A DNA stretch of 44,586 nucleotides from Novosphingobium sp. GTDB lineage: Bacteria > Pseudomonadota > Alphaproteobacteria > Sphingomonadales > Sphingomonadaceae. Positions 28,386 through 36,907 of this stretch are shown in pieces. Position 1 is the first letter of the stretch. Every line of letters starts with the position of its first letter. The stretch lies in the NCBI GenBank assembly GCA_039928735.1, contig JBDSSP010000061.1:1-44586 (forward strand), in the 5' to 3' direction. The notes beneath the pieces are model-generated. The model was not told where the DNA came from. It saw only the letters and a program-made list of their open reading frames with translations, and searched no databases. A program made the translations under genes and the position numbers.

Positions 28386-29207
28386 TTGGATCTGCAATTG
28401 CAAGGCAAGCGAGCCCTCGTTACCGGAAGCAGTTCCGGCATCGGCCGGGCAATTGCTGAGATTCTCGCTGGCGAAGGTGTCTCAGTGGTGGTTCACGGCC
28501 GCGACCCACAACGAACCAAAGAAACCATTCAGGCTATCGAGGCGGCTGGCGGGATAGCGCACAGGGCGCTTGGCGATCTCGCGACCGACAAGGGGGCGGC
28601 AGACGTCGCCGCTGTAGTCGAGCAAGCACTCGGCGGTCTCGACATCCTTATAAACAGCGTGGGAGGCAATGAATCGGCGGGAGGTGGGCTAAATGGATGG
28701 TTCAACGATACGCCGGACGTTTGGATAGGCACAATTCTGCAGAACCTCGTCGCACCGGTTCGGATGATCCACGCGTTCGTCCCAGGCATGCGCGAGCGAG
28801 GGTGGGGTCGCGTCATTAACATATCAAGCGGTGGTGCTAGCCAGCCCACACCGCAAGTCGCTGCCTACTGCGCGGCAAAGGCTGGCATAAACAACCTCAC
28901 TGTAAGCCTCTCCATGGAACTCGCGCGCTCGGGTGTCACCGTCAACACAGTTAGCCCCGGCTGCACCAGAACCAACATGTTTGAAACCACACTGCAGACC
29001 ATGGGCAAAGCAAATGGGTGGCCTGACGATCTGGATGCGCAAGAGAAAGCATTCATGGAGCTAGGACTGTTTGCCTGCTCTTCGGAGCGCTACGGGCGAC
29101 CCGAAGAGATTGGCGCGCTAGTCGCTCTCCTTGCAAGTCCTCTTGCCGGCTTCATGAACGGAGCGAACTACAGGATCGATGGCGGTCAGGTTCAATCCAT
29201 GAATTAG
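28386..29207 (+). CDS. Short-chain dehydrogenase/reductase
   Basis: TGSSSGIG, NISS, YCAAK, VNTVSPG; TTG 28386 preceded by GAGGAG. Confidence 0.93.
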   Translation: MDLQLQGKRALVTGSSSGIGRAIAEILAGEGVSVVVHGRDPQRTKETIQAIEAAGGIAHRALGDLATDKGAADVAAVVEQALGGLDILINSVGGNESAGGGLNGWFNDTPDVWIGTILQNLVAPVRMIHAFVPGMRERGWGRVINISSGGASQPTPQVAAYCAAKAGINNLTVSLSMELARSGVTVNTVSPGCTRTNMFETTLQTMGKANGWPDDLDAQEKAFMELGLFACSSERYGRPEEIGALVALLASPLAGFMNGANYRIDGGQVQSMN

Positions 29208-29218
29208 TGAACAGGCCA

Positions 29219-31034
29219 CTATGCCATACGGATGTTACAAGGTTGATGGCGCAGAAGAGACTCGACTAAACTGCCAGCTCGCAGGACGTGCAGGACCCGG
29301 ATCGCCATGCCGTAGCCAGTATTCGAGAGGCGATACTTGCGCGCTGCAGCACCGGCACCCACGGAAATCTCGTAATAAGCGTAGAAGTCTTGGTTAAAAT
29401 AGCGGCTTACATTGTCCTTGTGCTTGGGACGGATTGCCGGAAACGCATCGGCGATCAACGACGCAATCTCCGTCGTGGTGTAGAATTGCCGTGTTTCATC
29501 TTCTTTCCACACGCGCAGTAGCGCAATCAGGATCGCATCCTGTAAGCCAACTTCGCCAAGGTTGGAGAGGCTGGCAAGACGCGCCGCGATATCGATCTCC
29601 TCCTCGCCAGCACCCCCTACCAGCAGGTCGATTTTCGTCAGATACGCAGCAATATCGCCCTGGTTTTCCAGCGGCTTCATTGTATCGAGTTGGCGGATCG
29701 CATCGAGTCCCATCCGCTGTTGTTGCAAGTCTCGGTCGTGGAACTCCGACGCATCGAGATCGTCGCCCGGTCGCGCCCTAGTGGTTCGTTTCCGACATTT
29801 CCATCCCTTTCGGATAGAGCAGAGGCACATGTCGGAAACATAAGAACCACTAGAGAAACTATTGGTTCTAGTGGATTTATAATTTTGACATTCGAACACT
29901 CCCTTGCCGAAACCGGGACTCGAATGTCAAAATCAATCCACTAGCACGCAGCCGGGCGAACCGGCTCGCTTCGTCTGCTTCTACGAAATGCTGGGTGAAC
30001 TCCTTGCCATGAACTCGCATTATTGAGTTCAGAAAAATTACCTCTTCCGGCGCGCAGAAGCCCGAGATCACCAGTGGTTCAGCCAGATTATCGAGCATAT
30101 ACTCGGTTGCCCTTTCCGCTGCGATCGTCGGCTTCTCGGCGAGCGCATATTCGGCGAAGTCGCCGATCGGAGTCCCGCCTCGAAATCCGTGTCGGTAGTA
30201 ATAACTCAGATGCATGAAGTCGCTCGCTTCAACATGTAGATACCCATAACGTCGCGCGAGGTACTGGCTTGCGGTGGTTTTACCAGCGCACGTGTAGCCA
30301 CAAAGCAAGATATTTGGTTTTCGGTCGAGTTGAAACGCAAGCTGGGTTGTGGGTGTTGGGAAATAACGGCGCGCCTCGAGAAAATCGAATAACTGCTCAA
30401 ATGCCCCGCGCCGGAAATCGACCTGGTCGGCATGCGCGATTGGCAGTGCACCTAGCGGCCCTTCGCAGCCCTCCGGCACGAACCACTTGTAAAAAGAACG
30501 ATTGTCGAGCCAAGGATAGACTGGGTTAGAGGCAAATATATGCTCCTTGTCTATGATGTTACCGCGCTGCTCGCTGGTGAACACCAGATATGCTGACTCG
30601 ACGCCCCAGCTCTTCGCAAAATTGGCCGGAATGTGAAGCAGTATGTCTGAGCGCACGCTGGCACCCCGATCGTTGCCGTAAGCCCTAAGCGAGGCATCAA
30701 GGCTCTCAAATGGGCGATCCTCCATCCAGTACTTAATATCGACGCCTGGCACCTCGTTCTCTGAATCGCTCAATGCATCGATACGCACTGAAGTATCTTC
30801 TAAGATGAACGCGTGGCTGGCTGCGGGCAGTCGGGCCTTTCCGATTTGCTCGAGCGCGCTAACATAACTTTGGGCGAGGATCTCATCCCGCGAATTTAGG
30901 CGCGGCTCTTCATAGCCGGCATGATAGGTCCGTTGTCGAAAGCCTTTGATTCGGATCTTTCGACTTTCAGCAATGTACCGGGCGTGCGCGATCTTCGTTT
31001 GGCTGCTCGTGAAGAAGGTCAGGTCACGCATCAC
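29219..31034 (-). pseudogene. Ham1/ITPase-like pyrophosphatase + P-loop nucleotide kinase + probable winged-helix fusion, interrupted by a MITE
   Basis: FFTSSQTK, LEDTSVRIDAL and PGVDIKYW (Ham1-like); LCGYTCAGKTT P-loop. Deleting 29778-29940 gives RFARLRARARPGDD and one 550 aa ORF. Confidence 0.8.
29778..29944. mobile_element. Non-autonomous double-hairpin MITE-like element with CTAG duplication
   Basis: CTAG at 29778, 29850, 29868 and 29941; two long stem-loops; ends CTAGTGG...CCACTAG; precise removal restores the host frame. Confidence 0.88.
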
Positions 31035-31285
31035 GGTGACTGATTTCCCGTCCCTGATTGGCTGGCGCGGTCAAATAGCTGTCGCAATCCAGGGCATGAG
31101 CAGCCGATGTGAGGTTCGCCATCCGGTGTGCGGGCGCGAAGCAAAACAGCATCGGTCCAAGGCTCGACATCCCAACACAATCAGCGCCGTTGGTCCGCAG
31201 CGCAGTCGCAATCCTTACTAGCCTGTAATCATATTCTGCTCGTTCGGCACGCTTCCAGTCGGTATCCTGCATCGCGTCTATGGCA
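31024..31285 (-). pseudogene. C-terminal fragment of a GHMP-superfamily protein, beta-RFAP synthase-like
   Basis: SAIDAMQDTDWKRAE...GADCVGMSSLGPMLFCF...APANQG; ATGCGTGA overlap with the Ham1 fusion; 5' part replaced by IS3 sequence. Confidence 0.65.
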
Positions 31286-32487
31286 GAACCAGTCGACCCA
31301 GCGCAGGGTCGCCATTTCGACCGCCGAAGCGCTTGGCCATAACCGTTGCCGCCAGATGACCTCGGCTTTGTAGAGGCCGTTGATGGTCTCGGCCAAAGCG
31401 TTGTCATAGGAGTCGCCGACGCTGCCGAGTGAGGGGACGAGTTCGGCTTCGGTGAGACGCTGGGTATAGCTCATGGCCAAGTATTGCACGCCCCTGTCGT
31501 TGTGATGGATCAGCCCATCCTCAGGACTTGGCCTGCGAGCATGGATCGCCTGCTCGAGGGCATCCAGCACAAAACTCGCCGTGGCCGAAGCGCTGACCTT
31601 CCAGCCCACGATCCGCCGGGCGTAAGCATCGATCACGAAGGCCACATAGACGAAGCCTGTCCAGGTGTGGACGTAGGTGAAGTCAACCACCCACAGTGCC
31701 TTGGGCCGGCTGACCTTGAACTCCCGGTTGACCCTGTCGAGCGGGCACGGTGCCTTGGGATTGCTGACAGTCGTGATTCAGGTTTTGCCGCGCCTTATCC
31801 GTGCCAGCCCGATCGCCCGCATCCGCCGTTCCACTGTGCACCTGGCCACTTTGATCCCTTCGCGTCGCAACTGGTGCCAGACCTTGCGCGTACCATAGAG
31901 GCCGAAGCTGGCCTCATGGACACGCACGATCTGCTGCCTGATCTCGTCATCGCGCCGGGCACGCGCTGATCGCAGCTGCGGATCGGCAAGGCGGGCCGCG
32001 TGTTCGTGCCAGGAAGAAGGGGCGCCAAAAAGACTCTGGCGCCAGTTCGCGGCAGATCGGCTCGATACCCAGTTCCCCGTGATGGGCGTCGATGAACGCC
32101 ATCACCATTTGCCTTGGTGCCAAGGGTTTTCGGCTCGCTCCGCCTGCGCAAAATATGCCGATGCTTTACGCAGGATCTCGTTGGCCCGGCGCAGCTCTTT
32201 CACCTCGCGCCCCAGTAGCTTCAATCGTTCCCGGTCATTACCGGCCAGCGCCGCTGGTCCCGATCGTCGGCTCGCCTCCTCGCGGCACCAGCGGCGCGGC
32301 GTCTCGGCCGTGCAGCCGATCTTCGCCGCGATCGAGGTCATTGCAGCCCGCTCCGAACCGTAATCGGCACGGTGCTCACCAACCATCCAGACCGCACGCT
32401 CGCGGACCTCAGGCGAAAACTTGTTCCTTGTCGTCATCACAACTCCTTCTCACAGATAGGAGCCTCCGGAGAACCCGGGACGCTTCA
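31286..32487 (-). mobile_element. Degenerate IS3-family element (orfA 32440-32102, frameshifted orfB), right end deleted
   Basis: IRL TGAAGCGTCCCGGGTTCTCCGGAGG starting at 32487; Orf[12 protein letters not shown]...[19 protein letters not shown]; OrfB DDE motifs WVVDFTYV, HHNDRGVQY, SYDNALAETINGLYKAE; breaks off after WVDWF. Confidence 0.93.
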
Positions 32488-32723
32488 CTGTAACCAATCC
32501 AAATGATTATGAGTCAGCCTCTCAGTTTGAATTTTTGACGTAATGCCTTGTCGCATTCCAGCCGCGCCTTCTATATGCTTAGCGGAAGGCATGGGAGCGT
32601 AAGCATAAAGTTACGGTTCGGAACCGGCGTGTCGCGTCTTTATCGTACATGCGCTGATCAAACTGAGACCGCATCCAGGGCGACGAAATTCCGGAAGTCT
32701 GACCTAACCAGCGGACCAGCCTG

Positions 32724-35015
32724 ATGGGCGATTCAGAACCAGCAAATCATGTTGGAGAGGCGGGAGCAGTTTTGACAAACGCTTGGCGACGATGGCTGCA
32801 GAGCAACGGTAGCCAGGTGTTGGCCGGCCTCATCGCGGTCGCCGCCGTTGCGCTGCTTCAACTCATAAGCCTACCCGCTCTCGACCGAATTGGACTCCTG
32901 TTGTTTGATAGCTACCAGCGCGCCTCGCCACGTCCCTATGAAGAGGCGCCGGTTCGCATCGTCAACATCGACGAGGAATCCCTTTCCCGGCTTGGCCAAT
33001 GGCCATGGCCGCGCACCGATATTGCCCGGCTGACCCAACGGCTGAGCGATGCCGGGGCGGCGGTGATTGCTTACGACATCGTCTTTTCCGAGCCCGACCG
33101 CACTTCGCCCGCGCTTATTGCCGAACGCATGCAGCGCGACGGCGGGGCGGGTACCTTGGTGGCGGCACTCAAACGGCTGCCCGATCATGACACAAGCTTG
33201 GCTGGAGCATTCCGGCAAGCGCCGGTCGCAACCGGATATTTCCTACTCCGCGGGCGCTCCGGAGAGACTGTCCAGCCCAAGGCCGGTTTCGCGATAGCCG
33301 GCTCGCCGCCGCAGGGTGACATTCCCAAATTTACCAGCGCGGTGCAGTCGCTGCCGGTGTTGCGCGATGCGGCGGCTGGCGGCGGCTTTGTTAGCCTGGC
33401 GGGTGACGCAGACGCTATTGTCCGCAAGGTGCCGATGCTGGCGATACAGAACGGACAGCTACTGCCCTCGCTGTCGCTCGATTCGCTGCGGCTGGCGCAG
33501 GGTGCCGGTGCGATCGTGGTCAAGACCAGCGACGCCAGCGGAGAGACTGCCGGGATGCAGGGGCAAGTGGTATCGATCAAGGTTGGCAGCGTCGAAGTGC
33601 CGACCACTGCATCCGGCGAACTGTGGATGCATTACACAAGGCCGCGCGCTGAGCGAATAATTCCCGCTTGGAAAGTCCTGTCGGATGCGTTGACGCCAGA
33701 ACAGCTGACCGAAACCTTCTCCGGCCGTATCGTCTTCGTGGGTGCGGGGGCGATCGGACTTCGGGACCTGATCTCGACGCCGCTGCAGGACCGCGATCTC
33801 GGGGTGATGGTGCATGCCCAGGCAGTCGAGCAGATGATCCTCAGGCGCTTTCTGATCCGTCCGGACTGGGCCGAAGGGTTGGAGCGCAGCCTGTTGCTGC
33901 TGTTCGGGATCGGCATCTGCGTGATGCTGCCACGCATCGGGGCTGTCTGGGGCGCGGTGCTGTGCCTGGCTATGGTCGCGGCAATGACCTGGGGCAGCTG
34001 GCACGCTTTCTCGGCCCGCCATTACCTGCTCAATCCGACCTATCCGGTGCTCGGCCTCGTGCTCGCCTACGTCGTCCAGACCGCGCTCAACTTCTACCGC
34101 GAGGAACGCCGCCGCGCTTATATCCACAATGCCTTCGACCGCTATCTCTCGCCCGAGCTGGTCCGGCGGATCGCCGACGACCCCGGCCGGCTCGAACTGG
34201 GCGGCGAAGAACGCGAGATGACCGTGCTTTTCTGCGACATCCGCGGCTTCTCCCGAATTTCCGAAAGCCTCGGCCCCAAGCAAATCATCCGCTTCCTGAT
34301 CTCCTTCCTCACCCCGATGTGCGACATCCTGCTCGCCCGCAAGGCGACCATCGACAAATTTATCGGCGATGCCATCCTCGCCTTCTGGAACGCCCCGCTC
34401 GACGATCCAGACCAGTATGAGAATGCCTCGCGCGGCGCGCTGGCGATGGTGGCGCGGCTCGAGGAGCTCAACCGCGAGATGCCGCAGCAGCCGGGCCAGC
34501 CATGGCCTGGCAAGATCAACATCGGTATCGGGCTCAACACCGGCCTGTGTTGCGTTGGCAATATGGGATCGGCGCAGCGCCTGTCCTATTCGCTGATCGG
34601 CGACACGGTAAACCTCGCCTCGCGCATCGAGGGTCTGACCAAATATTACGGAGTCCGGATTGCCATCGGCAGCGCCTTGCAGACCCGTCTTCCTGGATTT
34701 GCGACGCTGGAACTCGACTGGGTGCGGGTGGTTGGACGAGATGCGCCTGAGACGATTCATGTGCTGCTGGGTGACGAGACACTGGCGGGAGACGCCGGTT
34801 ATTCCGCATTGGCGGAACAGCATGCGGCAATGCTCACCGCTTACCGCGCACGCGCCTGGGAAGATGCCGGGCGCTTGCTGGACTCACTGGCTGCAGAGGC
34901 ACCTGGCTTTGGACTCGAACAGGTTTACTCTGTCTACAGGCAGCGTATCGATCGCCTCGTTAGCCATCCGCCCGGTGCAGATTGGGACGGGGTGTTCCAG
35001 GCAGGCGAGAAATAA
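32724..35015 (+). CDS. CHASE2-domain class III adenylate/guanylate cyclase
   Basis: CHASE2 motifs IDEESLSRLGQWPWPR, YDIVFSEPD, GVMVHAQ; hydrophobic segments; VLFCDIRGFS, DKFIGDAILAFWNAP, YSLIGDTVNLASRIEG. Confidence 0.95.
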   Translation: MGDSEPANHVGEAGAVLTNAWRRWLQSNGSQVLAGLIAVAAVALLQLISLPALDRIGLLLFDSYQRASPRPYEEAPVRIVNIDEESLSRLGQWPWPRTDIARLTQRLSDAGAAVIAYDIVFSEPDRTSPALIAERMQRDGGAGTLVAALKRLPDHDTSLAGAFRQAPVATGYFLLRGRSGETVQPKAGFAIAGSPPQGDIPKFTSAVQSLPVLRDAAAGGGFVSLAGDADAIVRKVPMLAIQNGQLLPSLSLDSLRLAQGAGAIVVKTSDASGETAGMQGQVVSIKVGSVEVPTTASGELWMHYTRPRAERIIPAWKVLSDALTPEQLTETFSGRIVFVGAGAIGLRDLISTPLQDRDLGVMVHAQAVEQMILRRFLIRPDWAEGLERSLLLLFGIGICVMLPRIGAVWGAVLCLAMVAAMTWGSWHAFSARHYLLNPTYPVLGLVLAYVVQTALNFYREERRRAYIHNAFDRYLSPELVRRIADDPGRLELGGEEREMTVLFCDIRGFSRISESLGPKQIIRFLISFLTPMCDILLARKATIDKFIGDAILAFWNAPLDDPDQYENASRGALAMVARLEELNREMPQQPGQPWPGKINIGIGLNTGLCCVGNMGSAQRLSYSLIGDTVNLASRIEGLTKYYGVRIAIGSALQTRLPGFATLELDWVRVVGRDAPETIHVLLGDETLAGDAGYSALAEQHAAMLTAYRARAWEDAGRLLDSLAAEAPGFGLEQVYSVYRQRIDRLVSHPPGADWDGVFQAGEK

Positions 35016-35027
35016 AAACTCGCCAGC

Positions 35028-36266
35028 TCAAGGCTTGCCCGGGATCGGGAGACTGTTGCCGGCCGGCGCGCCCGTTTGTTTGTTGGTCGCTGGGGTCGAA
35101 CCTGCCGGCTGGGACGAGCCTGGCAGACTTCCCGCGTTTTGCCTGAGTTTCGGAGCGGGCGTTGGCGCCGATGTGGTGGCCGGAGTCGGAGCCGCTGTCG
35201 TCTGAGTCGGCGATTGCAGCGCCGGTGTCTGGCTTGAAGGAGCGCTTTGCGGTGTGGCCACTTCTGCCGGTCCAGGCTGCGGGGTGACCCCTGCGTCAAC
35301 CGCGGTCTGCGGCGTTGACGCAGGCGGTCGCGGCAGGCCAGTGGGTCTCGGGAATTGCAGGTAGCCCGGCAGAATCGAGCCATAGGGCGGCTGGTAGGAT
35401 GATCCCCCGGCGTCGCCGTCCGGCGGAAACGGCTCACCCGGCCTTGGCGGACGCGGGCGATTGGGCTGCGCGACCGGATAAGGCGTGTTACCGACCGGCG
35501 CCATCGCCGCCCATTCGGCAAGCAGCGGGAAGATCAATGCCTGAATACGCGCAAGTCCAGAATTCGATAAAGTGAAGGGTCCGATCGGCTCTGCGCCCGG
35601 GCGCGGCACGTAGACGGCGAGCATCGGGCGGTCCAGTGTCACGGTCTTGCCTCCGGCGGTCACATCGATAACGCCAGGGATGGCATTGCCCTGGGTGCGC
35701 TGGCCCGGCCCGCGCAGCACGATCAGCGATGCGGTGAGCGGATCGCTGTTGCGATTTTGGCCGATTCCGCGCTCGCCATTGGCAATGTCGACAGCTTCAG
35801 CGCCGACCACGCCTTCGACAATTGTCCCCCTTATGCCGATCGAGGAGATCGGTGTGGAAATCGAGGAATTATGCCCGCGATCGGGCCGCCCCGACATGAA
35901 GCGGAAGGCGCCCTTGGCGACGGTGGCGGAAAACGAACGGCCAGTCGCCGGGTCGTAGACATAACGGTCGATCGAAAGCCGCGCGTTGGCGCCGACGGTA
36001 AATACCGACTTGTCGAGCAGCAGCACTTGCAGTTGGCTGCGCAGACCGGTCTGCACCTGATCGGCCAAGGCCATCCGCTGCCGCAACATGGCGGGGCGAA
36101 ACTGGCGGGCGCCGACGCTTTCGATCCGGACATCGTTCAAGACTGCCGAGGCGATGCCGACGGCTTGCGGTCCGGCCGCTGCAAGCGCGCCGCTGGCCAG
36201 AACCGGGATAGCGGCGATCGCACTGAAATGCGAGGCTCTCGCCCGGACGGAGGACTTTTCAGTCAA
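35028..36266 (-). CDS. Exported FecR-domain protein with Pro/Ala/Thr-rich C-terminal tail
   Basis: Signal-peptide-like N-terminus; DQVQTGLRSQLQVLLLDKSVFTVGANARLSIDRYVYDP; KGAFRFMSG; TPISSIGIRGT. Confidence 0.85.
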   Translation of the reverse strand: MTEKSSVRARASHFSAIAAIPVLASGALAAAGPQAVGIASAVLNDVRIESVGARQFRPAMLRQRMALADQVQTGLRSQLQVLLLDKSVFTVGANARLSIDRYVYDPATGRSFSATVAKGAFRFMSGRPDRGHNSSISTPISSIGIRGTIVEGVVGAEAVDIANGERGIGQNRNSDPLTASLIVLRGPGQRTQGNAIPGVIDVTAGGKTVTLDRPMLAVYVPRPGAEPIGPFTLSNSGLARIQALIFPLLAEWAAMAPVGNTPYPVAQPNRPRPPRPGEPFPPDGDAGGSSYQPPYGSILPGYLQFPRPTGLPRPPASTPQTAVDAGVTPQPGPAEVATPQSAPSSQTPALQSPTQTTAAPTPATTSAPTPAPKLRQNAGSLPGSSQPAGSTPATNKQTGAPAGNSLPIPGKP

Positions 36267-36305
36267 TGCCGGGGCTCCGGATGCGTCATGGTATTGAAGG
36301 ATTCC

Positions 36306-36785
36306 TCATGTGCCGGGCTTCCAGTTGGGGCTGCAAGGCGCAGTGGCTTCATTCCATTGCTGGTCGGGCACGCCGCGGCCGCGCAGATAGTCGAATTCGA
36401 CCTCCGAGCCGGACCTGTCATCGAGACGACAGAGCAGGCTGGCGTGTAGCAGCAGCACTTCCCCTGCGTCGGGGTGATGGATAAGCACGCGTTCCAGCGT
36501 CGCCAAGGCGCCCAGCAGTTCCCCACTGGCGATCTGACGGCGGGCCGTTGCCAGCCCCGGCACTACGCCGACTGTCGCTTGCGACAGCTTATCGAGTTCG
36601 GCGAGAGTGTCCTTCCGCATCGTCTGTGCGGCAACGGACGAGCAGGCTGTTATCGCGCATAGGCCCATCGCCCAGGGCCAAAATGCGGGTTTTCGGGTGG
36701 CCATCCGGCAAATCCTTTGGCTGCGCCAGTGTCCGTCTGTAGACACCAAGCTATTAACGCGCAATGAGCGCCGCGAAACTTGCAA
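36306..36785 (-). CDS. Small exported TPR-like protein (start probably downstream of 36785)
   Basis: ARRQIASGELLGALATLERVLIHHPDAGEVLLLHASLLCRL is a TPR-like helix pair; preceded by a signal-like segment ending VAAQ. Confidence 0.6.
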   Translation of the reverse strand: MQVSRRSLRVNSLVSTDGHWRSQRICRMATRKPAFWPWAMGLCAITACSSVAAQTMRKDTLAELDKLSQATVGVVPGLATARRQIASGELLGALATLERVLIHHPDAGEVLLLHASLLCRLDDRSGSEVEFDYLRGRGVPDQQWNEATAPCSPNWKPGT

Positions 36786-36907
36786 ACCGGAAATTTCGAC
36801 AGCTGACTTACTGCCTTCAATTTTGGGCGGTTAGTTGCTATGATCTTCTGAATTAGAGATAAGACCGGCATTCAATCGAAATTCGGGACTGACAGGGAAG
36901 GGGGCCG

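Larger units (their letters stand above)
860..32487. mobile_element. Decaying mosaic genomic island between glpD and the CHASE2 cyclase locus (boundaries approximate)
   Basis: Repeat array, XRE/ImmA, ParB-MTase and DUF5681 module on the left; IS21 stub, MITE and IS3 remnant; many pseudogenes; cargo looks less GC3-biased than the flanks by eye. No integrase or att duplication found. Confidence 0.6.

Noticed and set aside
29219-29899. Independent 226 aa hypothetical protein
   Set aside because: Its N-terminus is MITE sequence; the remainder is the in-frame continuation of the Ham1-kinase gene.
29219-31285. Calling the operon Kongming or rdgB
   Set aside because: No adenosine deaminase or Sir2 gene in the window, and the kinase/wHTH fusion and lack of a clear SHR motif differ from housekeeping RdgB.
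31024-31407. 127 aa standalone ORF
   Set aside because: Chimeric: the first ~40 codons are an alternative frame of IS3 orfB; only the part below ~31285 is GHMP-like.
33459-34823. 454 aa minus-strand ORF
   Set aside because: Antisense shadow of the cyclase, expected in high-GC coding DNA; no motifs.
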